Shown here: positions 27,413 to 37,254 of the stretch, one piece after another
Numbering within the stretch: the first letter of the stretch is position 1
Layout: each line of letters opens with the position of its first letter
Assembly: GCA_030150045.1 (NCBI GenBank)
Contig: JASLGM010000026.1
Location: 37,182 to 101,181 of the forward strand
Length of the DNA: 64,000 nucleotides
From: Taishania sp.
Lineage (GTDB): Bacteria > Bacteroidota > Bacteroidia > Flavobacteriales_D > Crocinitomicaceae
Reading direction: 5' to 3'
Notes under the pieces: generated by a model
Databases searched by the model: none
The model's input: only the letters and a program-made list of their open reading frames with translations
What the model was told of the DNA's origin: nothing
Position numbers and translations under genes: made by a program

Positions 27413-28015
27413 TTAGCGATTATTTAAAATATGCAACAATGTTGGCCCATCAATATCATGTTTTCCTTCGAAAGTAAATACCTCGAAACCTAAAGCTTTG
27501 TGTTTGAGGATCGATTGCTCAAAACTTTCGTCTTTAAAAAACACATCTTCTGAACCAATGGCGTAATCGCAGCTTACATTTTGAAAGGCTTTGTCTTGGA
27601 TTGGGGAAACATCTTCGGGGAAATCACTTGCCCACAAAACAAAATGGTCAACGGCATGCTTCCCTTTTTGAATGAAACGAGCGGCGGTTGCACCACCTTG
27701 TGAAAAACCAATTAGGCTTATTTTTTTGCCTGCACCGTATTTTTCTACTACTTGATTGAGGTAGTTTACATTGTCCGCAATATCCCATTCGCGCAGTTCT
27801 TTCGTCATCCATGATGCACCAACGCGGCCTGAGAATCCTTCTAAATAAAAACGGTGAGGACCTTCTGGCGCAACAATGAAGTAATCGTTGGATAGCATTT
27901 CAAATTTGCGAATGAAATAATTGGATAGCTGACCGTATCCGTGGAGCACCAACAACATTCGTTCTTGTTGTGGATCTCCGGAAGTAACGACTTTTGCCTG
28001 ACGTTGAATGAACAT
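27413..28015 (-). CDS. alpha/beta hydrolase (phospholipase/carboxylesterase family)
   Basis: 200 aa with nucleophile elbow GFSQGG and an upstream HGYG. Confidence 0.8.
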   Translation of the reverse strand: MFIQRQAKVVTSGDPQQERMLLVLHGYGQLSNYFIRKFEMLSNDYFIVAPEGPHRFYLEGFSGRVGASWMTKELREWDIADNVNYLNQVVEKYGAGKKISLIGFSQGGATAARFIQKGKHAVDHFVLWASDFPEDVSPIQDKAFQNVSCDYAIGSEDVFFKDESFEQSILKHKALGFEVFTFEGKHDIDGPTLLHILNNR

Positions 28016-28017
28016 GA

Positions 28018-28794
28018 TTAGTCTTCTGTATAATATTTACCGTCTTTAAGATTAAAGAAGAATCGTTTTTGAATGACGTCTTGACATTCAATTTTAGCGT
28101 CTACAAGATTGTAATCTTCTCCATCTGCCAATGGCAATAGTTTTGCGTTTTTGACAATGATATCTTTAAATGTTGATCTAGATCCAGTTGTGTGTTCAAA
28201 GCAAGAAGCTTGGGTTGCGCCTTTATTCCAATCCTCAAATACAATCCATTTGAACGCATAATTGATTTTTCCATTCGGATTATCAAACAAGAAGTATTTT
28301 CTAAATCGCGCATCACCAATGGTATAATCGAGAATGATGTCTTTGTGAGAATATGGACCCATATTTTCAAACGTTAAGTCTACTGGTTTGTATGCACTTG
28401 AAGCAATAATAATAGGCGCGTAAAATTGTTTTTTCTTACTGTTATAGATAACAAGGTAATTGTAGTTTCCAAAATAATCTATGGACGAAGCTTTGTCCAC
28501 AAAATTGTTTTTTATGGCTTGTTTGAAGGCAAAGTCCTTGCGGTTAACGGTAATGATCACTTCCTTTACATTATCATCGTTCAAATGCTCTTCAAATATA
28601 CGTGTTGAGTAATCTTCTCCTTCCTCAATCCCTATTGCATTTTTGAAATAGTCTTTTAAACGTACGTCAAAAGCTTTTGTGCTGTCTTGGTATAAAAACT
28701 TCTCTGTAATATTCAAGGTGTTCTCTTTCGTATCTGTTGATTGGCAAGCCAGAAGAAAACAAAAAGGAACAATAATCGTCATCCATTTTTTCAT
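28018..28794 (-). CDS. lipoprotein of unknown function
   Basis: 258 aa with lipobox FCFLLAC. Lies 2 nt upstream of the hydrolase gene. Confidence 0.7.
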   Translation of the reverse strand: MKKWMTIIVPFCFLLACQSTDTKENTLNITEKFLYQDSTKAFDVRLKDYFKNAIGIEEGEDYSTRIFEEHLNDDNVKEVIITVNRKDFAFKQAIKNNFVDKASSIDYFGNYNYLVIYNSKKKQFYAPIIIASSAYKPVDLTFENMGPYSHKDIILDYTIGDARFRKYFLFDNPNGKINYAFKWIVFEDWNKGATQASCFEHTTGSRSTFKDIIVKNAKLLPLADGEDYNLVDAKIECQDVIQKRFFFNLKDGKYYTED

Positions 28795-28856
28795 AGTACA
28801 AATATAATACGAGAAGTGGGAGCTTTGAATTAAATCAAATCAATTATTTTTGAACC

Positions 28857-29531
28857 ATGGAAAAAAACTTGGAACCATCTTGGAAAAATAGATTAAAGGA
28901 GGAATTCAGCAAGGAGTACTATCTCGATTTAAAAGCCTTTGTTGAAGAAGCATATCAGAAGGAAGATTCATCGGTTTTTCCTCCACAAGAGCATTTGTTT
29001 CAGGCCTTTAATGTTTGCCCATTTGACCAATTGAAAGTGGTGATCTTAGGACAAGATCCTTACCCAACGAAAGGGCATGCAAATGGATTGTGTTTTTCTG
29101 TAAATCAAGATGTTCGACCATTGGCTAAAAGTTTACAGAATATTTTTCGTGAAGTAAAGGAAGATCTTGAAGTTCCAATTCCTGAACATGGTGATTTGAC
29201 GCGTTGGGCTGCACAGGGTGTACTGTTGTTGAATGATGTGTTAACCGTACAGGAAGGAATGGCGGGGAGTCATCAGAAAAAAGGGTGGGAACACTTCACG
29301 AAAAGAGTCATTGAGGAAATTAATGATCAAAAAGAACATGTTGTTTTTCTGCTATGGGGAAATTACGCTCAGAAAAAAGCGAAATGGATAGACGAAGAAA
29401 AACACCTCGTATTAAGAAGTGGGCATCCATCCCCATTAAGTGCTAATCAAGGGAAATGGTTTGGCAATAAACATTTTTCAAAAACCAACGCGTATCTTAC
29501 AGGCAAAGGCTTGGAAGGTATCAATTGGTAA
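28857..29531 (+). CDS. ung: uracil-DNA glycosylase
   Basis: GQDPYP water-activating loop, HPSPLS and the overall family-1 UDG pattern. Confidence 0.93.
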   Translation: MEKNLEPSWKNRLKEEFSKEYYLDLKAFVEEAYQKEDSSVFPPQEHLFQAFNVCPFDQLKVVILGQDPYPTKGHANGLCFSVNQDVRPLAKSLQNIFREVKEDLEVPIPEHGDLTRWAAQGVLLLNDVLTVQEGMAGSHQKKGWEHFTKRVIEEINDQKEHVVFLLWGNYAQKKAKWIDEEKHLVLRSGHPSPLSANQGKWFGNKHFSKTNAYLTGKGLEGINW

Positions 29532-29563
29532 ATCTCCCATTTGTTTTATTATCTTTGTTCACA

Positions 29564-30610
29564 ATGTTACAGAACGATTTAATTTTGAGAGCTGCCCGTG
29601 GGGAGCAGATAGAAAGGTATCCCGTGTGGATGATGCGTCAAGCTGGACGTATATTACCTGAATATAGAGCCGTTAGAGCTTCGTTAAGTGGCTTTAAAGA
29701 ATTGGTAGAAACACCAGAGAGAGCGGCAGAAGTGACCATTCAACCCGTTGATCTTCTTGGTGTAGATGCAGCGATTATTTTTTCTGATATTCTAGTCGTT
29801 CCTGAAGCGATGGGATGTGAGTACCAAATGATTGAAGCGAAAGGACCATGGTTTGAAAATACAGTAAAAACGGAAGCAGACCTAATTAAATTAGCAGAAG
29901 TGGATTTTGATGTGAACGACCGTTTAGGTTATGTCATGGAAGCAATCAAAATCACAAATAAAGAGTTGGCTGGACGCGTTCCAACAATTGGTTTTGCAGG
30001 TGCGCCTTGGACAATCTTTTGCTACATGGTAGAAGGACATGGATCTAAAACATTTTCCGAAGCACGCAAAATGTTGTACACCAATCCAACTTTGGCACAT
30101 GAGTTGTTAGACCGTATCACAACGGTAACCATTAGTTACCTTAAAGCTCAAGTAAAAGCAGGCGCACACATGTTGCAAGTGTTTGATTCTTGGGCGGGAA
30201 TACTAGGACATGAACAATACATGGAATTCAGCGTGAAATATTTAAACAAAATAGCACAAGCCATCACAGAAGTACCTTTGACCTTATTCGGAAAAGGAGC
30301 TTACCAATCGCTTGAAGCCATCGCGGATTTAGATTGTAACACCATTGGACTAGATTGGAACATGGACGCGGAAACAGTTCGCAAATACGTAGGGGAAAAT
30401 AGAACGCTACAAGGAAATTTAGACCCTTGTGCTTTGTACGCTTCTCATGCTGAAGTAGAAAGATTAACAACAAATATGTTGAATTCGTTCTCAAGTAAAC
30501 GACATATTGTTAATTTAGGGCATGGCGTTTATCCTGATGTGGATGCAGAAAAGGTGAAAACGTTCATTAATACTGTGAAAAACTATAACATCCAAAATAA
30601 AAACCTATGA
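29564..30610 (+). CDS. hemE: uroporphyrinogen decarboxylase
   Basis: LILRAARGEQIERYPVWMMRQAGR at the N-terminus, and IFSDILV. The ATG at 29564 is preferred over the TTG at 29525. Confidence 0.92.
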   Translation: MLQNDLILRAARGEQIERYPVWMMRQAGRILPEYRAVRASLSGFKELVETPERAAEVTIQPVDLLGVDAAIIFSDILVVPEAMGCEYQMIEAKGPWFENTVKTEADLIKLAEVDFDVNDRLGYVMEAIKITNKELAGRVPTIGFAGAPWTIFCYMVEGHGSKTFSEARKMLYTNPTLAHELLDRITTVTISYLKAQVKAGAHMLQVFDSWAGILGHEQYMEFSVKYLNKIAQAITEVPLTLFGKGAYQSLEAIADLDCNTIGLDWNMDAETVRKYVGENRTLQGNLDPCALYASHAEVERLTTNMLNSFSSKRHIVNLGHGVYPDVDAEKVKTFINTVKNYNIQNKNL

Positions 30611-31785
30611 ATAGAACGTTCTCTTTTGCAATAACAAGTCTGTTGGCTTTTGGTGCATTTGCCCAAGATGGTGAAAACCTTGTGCCGAACGGTAGCTTTG
30701 AATCTATAGAAGGAAAAGGACCTAAGAAATTAGGTGGAATCGAAATGGCAACAGGTTGGGAGTCACCAACTGGTGTGAAAGCCGATTTGTTTACTTTCAA
30801 CAAAAAAGTACCAGATATTAGCGTACCTAAAAATATCTATGGCGAAGAAAATGCTAGAGATGGTGAAAACTACGTTGGAATTGTAGCATATTCTTATAAC
30901 AACAAAGTGCCACGTTCATACCTATTGACAAAATTGAACACACCTCTTAAAAAAGGAGAGAAATATTGCGTGCGTTATAACGTATCTTTGGCTGAAGCAT
31001 CCACTTATGCATCCAATGATTTGGGGGTAATGTTAACGAAAAAACCGTACGGAACAGAAGATAAAGGATTCATAACTGAAGCAAGACCAAGTATGCTCCC
31101 AGAAGGAAATCCAGTGCTTTCAGGAACCTACAATTGGGAAAAAGTATGCAATACTTTTGTTGCAGAAGGAGGAGAGAAATTCATTACAATCGGGAATTTT
31201 CAACCGGACAATAACGCCACTAAATACGTAAAACGTAAAAAAGGATCGAACGGAACATTTGCACCAATTTTGGCCGCTTATTACTACATCGATGACGTCG
31301 TATTGTATTTGGTAGACGAAGATCACCCTTGTGACTGCGTTTCTGCGGATCCAACAGCAGGATACTCTAAAACCATCTATTCAAAAGCTGTGAAAATTGC
31401 AGATGAAATGACGCCAGAGAAAAAAATTGAATTGCAACAAGTGTATTTTGCCTTCGGAAAAGCAGATATTTCTAGCGCAGGAGAAGAAGCATTGACATTG
31501 ATTGCAAATCAGTTGAAAGCAAACCCAACATTGAAATTGCAAATCAAAGGGTATGCTGACGAAGCCGAAGAATTAGCCGCTGAAAAAGTAGCACAATTCC
31601 AAGGTGTGGACAACCAACGAATCAACGCAGTGTTTAAATTCTTATCCGAAAAAGGAATCGAGGAAAATCGCCTGATCTCTTCGCCACAAGGTAGTAACGA
31701 GAAATCTTCAGACATTACAGAGACAGATGAAGACGATATCAAACAAGCGAAAAATAGAAGAATCGAATTCAAAGTAAGAAAATAA
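30607..31785 (+). CDS. OmpA-family protein
   Basis: 392 aa with a signal peptide. The C-terminal OmpA-like domain ends in NRRIEFKV. Confidence 0.85.
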   Translation: MNRTFSFAITSLLAFGAFAQDGENLVPNGSFESIEGKGPKKLGGIEMATGWESPTGVKADLFTFNKKVPDISVPKNIYGEENARDGENYVGIVAYSYNNKVPRSYLLTKLNTPLKKGEKYCVRYNVSLAEASTYASNDLGVMLTKKPYGTEDKGFITEARPSMLPEGNPVLSGTYNWEKVCNTFVAEGGEKFITIGNFQPDNNATKYVKRKKGSNGTFAPILAAYYYIDDVVLYLVDEDHPCDCVSADPTAGYSKTIYSKAVKIADEMTPEKKIELQQVYFAFGKADISSAGEEALTLIANQLKANPTLKLQIKGYADEAEELAAEKVAQFQGVDNQRINAVFKFLSEKGIEENRLISSPQGSNEKSSDITETDEDDIKQAKNRRIEFKVRK

Positions 31786-31807
31786 GAATTTGAGAAAAAA
31801 AACAAGA

Positions 31808-31836
31808 AGGCTGTTCATTTTGGACAGCCTTTTTTG
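31808..31836 (+). terminator. intrinsic terminator of the OmpA-family gene
   Basis: AAGGCTGT..ACAGCCTT followed by TTTTT. Rep-A starts immediately after the T-run. Confidence 0.8.
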
Positions 31837-31838
31837 TT

Positions 31839-31983
31839 GGCATCCATTTCGGTCTACAGGCTTTAGTAAAATCGTGAACAAAGGGTTTGCTGTAAGTCGG
31901 TCACGAGCTTCCGCTGGTCGCTGTGGCCAACCAACAGAAACCTCTTTTTCACTTCTTTTAGCTATCGCCTTTCACCCGGGCTG
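31839..31983 (+). repeat. Rep-A copy 4
   Basis: GGCATCCATTTCGGTCTACAGGCTTTAGTAAA..TCAC(G)AGC-TTCCGCTGGTC-GCTGTGG..TTTAGCTATCGCCTTTCACCCGGGCTG. Confidence 0.9.
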
Positions 31984-32093
31984 AGTTCGTTTTTCAGAAA
32001 CAAACATTTCCTCCATCACAATATCTGAATATGCGCATATTACAATCAGAATGGGAATTTTAGCGTCAATAATTGATTTGAAAACGGAACTTG

Positions 32094-32162
32094 CAGCCCG
32101 GCCTGAGTGAAGCTCTTTTGACGCAGGAAAAAAGCGGGAACGGAGGACGGATTAAGCTGCCC
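32094..32162 (-). repeat. Rep-A copy 5 (69-nt mini form, ends only)
   Basis: The reverse complement reads GGCAGCTTAATCCGTCC....GGCCGGGCTG. It faces copy 4 across about 110 nt of AT-rich spacer. Confidence 0.6.
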
Positions 32163-32219
32163 AAAAGAAAAAAAGTGTACCTTTCCAACAGATTTGAAAC
32201 GATTTCTTAATGATTTAGC

Positions 32220-32780
32220 ATGCAGATTTATATAAAAAATATGGTTTGCGACCGATGTAAAATGGTTGTCGATAAAGAATTAAGGGATTTCGGATTGCTA
32301 CCGCTCGAAGTCGATTTGGGAGTGGTCACCCTCGCTGAAAGTGAAATTGATGCGGTGAAAGACTCTTTGATTGCTCGACTTTCCGCCCTTGGATTTGAAT
32401 GGATTGATGATAGAAAAGCAAAGTTAGTAGAGCAAATAAAGGCAATAGTTATTGCTTTTGTAAAAGAAATAGAAAATGGAAATAAGATCAATTTCTCTCA
32501 CTTTTTAGAACAAAAAATCCCTTTGGAATATAATTATTTATCCAATGTTTTCAAGGAAGTGGAGCAAAATACCATTGAAAAATACTTGATCCTTCAAAAG
32601 ACAGAACGCGTCAAAGAGTTACTACTTATTGATGGTATGCAATTGAATGAAATCGCTTACGTTTTGAATTATTCTAGTGTGGCATATCTAAGTAATCAAT
32701 TTAAAAAAGTGACCGGATTAACGCCTTCAAACTTCAAAAAAGAAGGGGTGAAAGGACGTAAATCACTTGATACGCTGTAA
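32220..32780 (+). CDS. AraC-family transcriptional regulator with N-terminal HMA-like metal-binding domain
   Basis: 186 aa with MVCDRCKMVV (CxxC) at the N-terminus and an AraC HTH at the C-terminus (SSVAYLSNQFKKVTGLTPSNF). Lies directly upstream of the copper ATPase. Confidence 0.85.
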   Translation: MQIYIKNMVCDRCKMVVDKELRDFGLLPLEVDLGVVTLAESEIDAVKDSLIARLSALGFEWIDDRKAKLVEQIKAIVIAFVKEIENGNKINFSHFLEQKIPLEYNYLSNVFKEVEQNTIEKYLILQKTERVKELLLIDGMQLNEIAYVLNYSSVAYLSNQFKKVTGLTPSNFKKEGVKGRKSLDTL

Positions 32781-32857
32781 ATGTTACAATATTTGACAAG
32801 AAAACTGTAATTCTTTTCTAAGCAAATCTGCGGAAATTTGTGTTTCAATTATAGAGC

Positions 32858-35269
32858 ATGAATACGCAACAAAATCAAACATATACTTTCCCTTTACCTA
32901 AGGAAAATGAAAGCATAGATTTCCCTCAGTTATATGAGTTTTTATCCCATAATAAAGAGGTAGCAACCTTTGATTTTGAGGAAGGAAAGGAAGCAGTAAA
33001 GCTTAAATTCGCCCCAAATGGAACCTTGAAATCTTTTGTTAATGCTTGGCGCCAAGAAGGATTTTCGCTGAAAACGGAATGGCTTCACTTTCCGGTTATG
33101 CAAATGAGTTGTGCCTCTTGTGCAGCAGGTATTGCGTCCGAAATGGAAGGGTACGAAGGTGTTTTAGATGCTACAGTAAATTACGCGAATGCAAATATGC
33201 GATTGGAGGTGATTCCGACCTTGTTTTCAGAAGAGCATTTACAAGAATTTATTGCTGATTTAGGGTACGAATTGGTACGTGGGAAAGAACAGGATTCAAC
33301 AGTGTTGGAAGATAAGTCAAAGGCAGCCTATCGAGCTTTGGCAAAAAACACTTTTTGGGGATCCGTATTTACACTTCCTGTTTTTTTCCTCGGAATGTTT
33401 TGGATGGATTTTCCTTATGCAAATGAAATTATGTGGGTTTTATCTACACCAGTTGTATTTTGGTTTGGACGATCGTTTTTCAAAAATGCATGGAAACAAA
33501 TACAACATGGAAAAACCAATATGGATACTTTGGTAGCGTTAAGTACTGGAATTGCTTACGTTTTTAGTGTTTTCAATTTGTTTTTCGCAGATTATTTACA
33601 TCAAAAAGGATTAGCACCTCATGTTTATTTTGAAGCATCGGCTGTAATCATTACGTTTATTTTATTAGGGAAATGGTTGGAAGAGCGTGCAAAAGCAAAT
33701 ACAACATCCGCGTTACGAAAGTTAATGGGACTGCAAGTTAAATCTGCCCGAATCTTAAAAAACGGACAAGAAGTGGAAATACCTATTGCACAATTGATGG
33801 AAGAAGATTTGATTTTGGTGAAACCAGGAGAGAGAATTCCCGCTGACGGTCATTTGTATTCTGGACAATCTTATGTAGATGAGAGTATGTTGAGTGGTGA
33901 AGCCATTCCTGTATCTAAATCTGGTCAAGATTTCGTTTTCGCAGGGACATTAAACCAATCAGGAAGTTTCGTTTTTCAGGCAGAAAAAATTGGTGATACT
34001 ACCTTGTTAGCAGGAATAATTGATGCAGTGAAATTAGCACAAGGAAGTAATGTACCGGTTCAAAAAAGAGTCGATAAAATAGCTTCGATATTTGTACCTA
34101 TTGTTTTAGGACTTTCAATTCTCACCTTTTTTGTTTGGGGATTTTCGGGTGTAGAGAATCATTGGGCGCAAGGGTTGATTTCAGCTATAACGGTACTTGT
34201 TATTGCTTGTCCTTGTGCCTTAGGATTAGCAACACCAACAGCAATAATGGTTGGAATTGGGAAAGCTGCAAGTTCAGGTATGCTTATTAAAGATGCAACA
34301 AGTTTAGAATTAGCTGAAAAGTTAGATGTCCTTCTTTTAGATAAAACAGGCACAATCACTGAAGGTAAACCTAAAGTAGATGAAATTGTTTGGTTTTCAT
34401 TTGAAGAAGAACTAGAAAGTGTTTTGTTCAGCATGGAAAGTGCATCAGAGCATCCATTAGCTACAGCGGTGGTAAATCATTTGTCCACGGCTAAAAAACT
34501 CATATTATCCGATTTTGAAAGCATTACAGGTAAAGGAGTGAAAGCGGAGTTTGATGGTTCTTCTTTCTTTTTAGGAAGTCCACGATTTATGGAAGAAAGC
34601 GACCTCCTTGTTTCGGTTGAACAACACAAATGTATTTTAGAATGGGAGCAACAAGCTAAAACAGTTATTTGCTTTTCAAAAGAGAAAGAGTTGCGTGCCA
34701 TTATTGCGATTTCAGATCAAATAAAAGTGCATTCAAAAGAAGCAATTACAAGTATGAAAGAAATGGGAATAGAAGTGATGATGTTGACAGGAGACAATCG
34801 CTTAACAGCCCAAGCCATTTCCAAAGCGGTGGGAATAACTACATTTCAAGCCGAAATGATGCCAGAAGACAAAGCAGAAGTTGTTCGTCAGCTTCAAGGA
34901 AAAGGGAAAATTGTGGGAATGGTTGGAGATGGAATCAATGACAGTACTGCCTTAGCAACAGCAGATGTTAGTATTGCTATGGGAAATGGAAGTGACATCG
35001 CAATGGATGTTGCCAACATTACGTTGTTAGGTTCAGACCTAATGAAAATTCCGCATGTCATTCGTTTGTCAAGGCATACAGTAAATACCATTAAACAAAA
35101 TTTATTTTGGGCATTCATTTACAATTTGATTGGGATTCCTATCGCCGCAGGCTTGTTGTATCCAAGTTTTGGTTTTTTACTAAATCCTATGATTGCGGGA
35201 GGTGCAATGGCTTTGAGTAGTGTAAGCGTGGTCAGTAATAGCTTACGTTTGAAATGGAAAAAAATATAA
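32858..35269 (+). CDS. copA: heavy-metal (copper) translocating P1B-type ATPase
   Basis: 803 aa with HMA motif MSCASCA, the TM CPC motif, phosphorylation site DKTGTITEG and hinge GDGINDS. Confidence 0.93.
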   Translation: MNTQQNQTYTFPLPKENESIDFPQLYEFLSHNKEVATFDFEEGKEAVKLKFAPNGTLKSFVNAWRQEGFSLKTEWLHFPVMQMSCASCAAGIASEMEGYEGVLDATVNYANANMRLEVIPTLFSEEHLQEFIADLGYELVRGKEQDSTVLEDKSKAAYRALAKNTFWGSVFTLPVFFLGMFWMDFPYANEIMWVLSTPVVFWFGRSFFKNAWKQIQHGKTNMDTLVALSTGIAYVFSVFNLFFADYLHQKGLAPHVYFEASAVIITFILLGKWLEERAKANTTSALRKLMGLQVKSARILKNGQEVEIPIAQLMEEDLILVKPGERIPADGHLYSGQSYVDESMLSGEAIPVSKSGQDFVFAGTLNQSGSFVFQAEKIGDTTLLAGIIDAVKLAQGSNVPVQKRVDKIASIFVPIVLGLSILTFFVWGFSGVENHWAQGLISAITVLVIACPCALGLATPTAIMVGIGKAASSGMLIKDATSLELAEKLDVLLLDKTGTITEGKPKVDEIVWFSFEEELESVLFSMESASEHPLATAVVNHLSTAKKLILSDFESITGKGVKAEFDGSSFFLGSPRFMEESDLLVSVEQHKCILEWEQQAKTVICFSKEKELRAIIAISDQIKVHSKEAITSMKEMGIEVMMLTGDNRLTAQAISKAVGITTFQAEMMPEDKAEVVRQLQGKGKIVGMVGDGINDSTALATADVSIAMGNGSDIAMDVANITLLGSDLMKIPHVIRLSRHTVNTIKQNLFWAFIYNLIGIPIAAGLLYPSFGFLLNPMIAGGAMALSSVSVVSNSLRLKWKKI

Positions 35270-35285
35270 ATTAATAGTAGCAGAT

Positions 35286-35492
35286 ATGAAATACAGAACA
35301 ACCTTAAAGTGCGCAGGATGCGTTTCGAAAATAGAACCGATTTTAGCCGCTTATCCACAAGTGAAAAGTTGGGGAGTAGATTTGAAAATGAAGGAAAAAA
35401 TTTTGAATTTGGAAGGAGAAAGCATTCCTTTCGATCAAATCGAAGAACAAATTAAATCACTAGGATTTGAGTTGGATCCTATAAAAGAATAG
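35286..35492 (+). CDS. small heavy-metal-associated domain protein (CopZ-like)
   Basis: 68 aa with CAGC (CxxC) near the N-terminus. Size matches a ferredoxin-like fold. Confidence 0.75.
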   Translation: MKYRTTLKCAGCVSKIEPILAAYPQVKSWGVDLKMKEKILNLEGESIPFDQIEEQIKSLGFELDPIKE

Positions 35493-35501
35493 CATAAAAA
35501 A

Positions 35502-35536
35502 AGGAAACACGGGAAATCTGTGTTTCCTTTTTTTTG
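35502..35536 (+). terminator. intrinsic terminator of the copper operon
   Basis: AGGAAACAC..GTGTTTCCT followed by TTTTTTTT. Confidence 0.85.
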
Positions 35537-35651
35537 TAAAAATGTAGGAATCTACCTTGTTGACTAATGTTAACATATCTAAATAAAATAAAAATTCGAG
35601 GTGTTGTTACATTCGGATTATTAAATTTGTCAAAAAAATAGAATAAGATAC

Positions 35652-36041
35652 GTGTTTACTTACACCAGATATTTAATCATAGGATTACTTTTCTTTGCAA
35701 AGTTGTCTTTTGCTGGTGCTGTGGTAGACGAAATTATTGATCACAATAAACGTCAAATTTCAGGGTCTTTTGAAGAGTATCTTTCTTTATTGGAAGATGT
35801 TGATTTTGGAATGGGCGTAGATGTTGTTGAATTAGATGGGATTCAAAGTTCTACAAATAACAATAGACGATCAGACAATTCTACCTTAACGAAAGACAAT
35901 CAATTCTTTAGTGATTATATTTTTCTTTTTAATTTGCATCCAAAAAAGCAATTAAAAGCCAAAGAAAATTCCTTTTTTAGTACAGCGATTCCTTCATGTA
36001 GGGAACATTTTTTTGCGGTACATCGTATGTGCCCATTCTAA
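35652..36041 (+). CDS. hypothetical secreted protein (weak call)
   Basis: 129 aa with a GTG start and a signal-like N-terminus, but no recognisable motifs. Upstream of the RND operon. Confidence 0.3.
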   Translation: MFTYTRYLIIGLLFFAKLSFAGAVVDEIIDHNKRQISGSFEEYLSLLEDVDFGMGVDVVELDGIQSSTNNNRRSDNSTLTKDNQFFSDYIFLFNLHPKKQLKAKENSFFSTAIPSCREHFFAVHRMCPF

Positions 36042-36130
36042 TTATTTTTTTTAGATACAATCGCTTTTATTTCAGCTGATTACGGCTTTCTTATTACTAA
36101 AAATTTTACAACATCATTTATTAAATAAAT

Positions 36131-37234
36131 ATGAAATTTTCCTATTGGTTTTTACCAGTTGCGATGGTTCTTGTTGGTTGCAGTAACTCCAACACGAATA
36201 GCAATGACGATGCATCAAAAACAGTTCCAACCTTATATGTTACAGAAGTTGACACCTTGATTAACAATGTGTTTGTAACTGATATTCAGGCAAAGAAAAA
36301 TGTTGAAATTCATGCTCTAATCGCAGGGTTATTACAAAAAGTACATGTAAACGAAGGGCAGAAAGTGAAAAAAGGACAATTGATGTTCAAAATCTCTGAT
36401 CTTCAATTACAAATCGATTTACAAAAAGCGGTTGCTATTCAAAAATCAGTGAAAGCTGAATTGAAGATTGCTAGTGTAGAGTTAAAACAAATGCAAACTT
36501 TGTTTGACAAAAATGTAATTGCGGATAATGAATTGGAGTTAGCGAAAGCAAAACATCAAGCTGCTGAAGCTAAATTAGAGCAAGCAAGTGCTGAAATAAG
36601 CGGAATAAAACAATTGATCGCTTATACCGAAATTACAGCACCTTTCGATGGAATCATTGACCGTATTCCCTTGAAAGAAGGAAGTTTGGTACAAGTTGGA
36701 AGTTTGCTAACTACTGTCTCAGAATTAGATGAAGTTTATGCTTATTTTCCAATTTCGGAAGATTATTATTTCAATTTGGTTAAGGATGAAAGTTTAGCAC
36801 GTTCAGGACAAATCACTTTGATATTACCAAACGGTGAAGCATTTGAATTTAAAGGACAAATAGAATCTGCAGAAGGTGAAATCGACCGCGCAACAGGCTC
36901 TATTTCATTTAAAGCTAAGTTCCCAAATCCACAAGGAATTATTAAGCACGGAACATCAGGTAAACTTCTGATCCAAGAGGAAAAGAAACAAGCTATTATT
37001 GTTCCTCAAAAAGCAGTTTTTGCGATTCAAGATCGTTTTTATGTTTTCGTTGTGAACAAGAACACAAAGAAAGTAAAACAGAAACAAGTTGAAATCGGTA
37101 ATACTTTATCAAAAGAATACTTGATTAAATCAGGATTAGAATCAGGTGATTTAATTGTTGTTGAAGGTACTCAGTCATTAAGAGATGGTGATTTGGTTAA
37201 GCCTACAAAGTATAAAAGCGTAGCTACTCATTAG
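36131..37234 (+). CDS. efflux RND periplasmic adaptor subunit
   Basis: 367 aa with lipobox LVGC and a coiled-coil hairpin. Matches the MFP pattern (ITAPFDGII, GSLL). Confidence 0.9.
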   Translation: MKFSYWFLPVAMVLVGCSNSNTNSNDDASKTVPTLYVTEVDTLINNVFVTDIQAKKNVEIHALIAGLLQKVHVNEGQKVKKGQLMFKISDLQLQIDLQKAVAIQKSVKAELKIASVELKQMQTLFDKNVIADNELELAKAKHQAAEAKLEQASAEISGIKQLIAYTEITAPFDGIIDRIPLKEGSLVQVGSLLTTVSELDEVYAYFPISEDYYFNLVKDESLARSGQITLILPNGEAFEFKGQIESAEGEIDRATGSISFKAKFPNPQGIIKHGTSGKLLIQEEKKQAIIVPQKAVFAIQDRFYVFVVNKNTKKVKQKQVEIGNTLSKEYLIKSGLESGDLIVVEGTQSLRDGDLVKPTKYKSVATH

Positions 37235-37254
37235 TATAAAATAAGATTTTTATC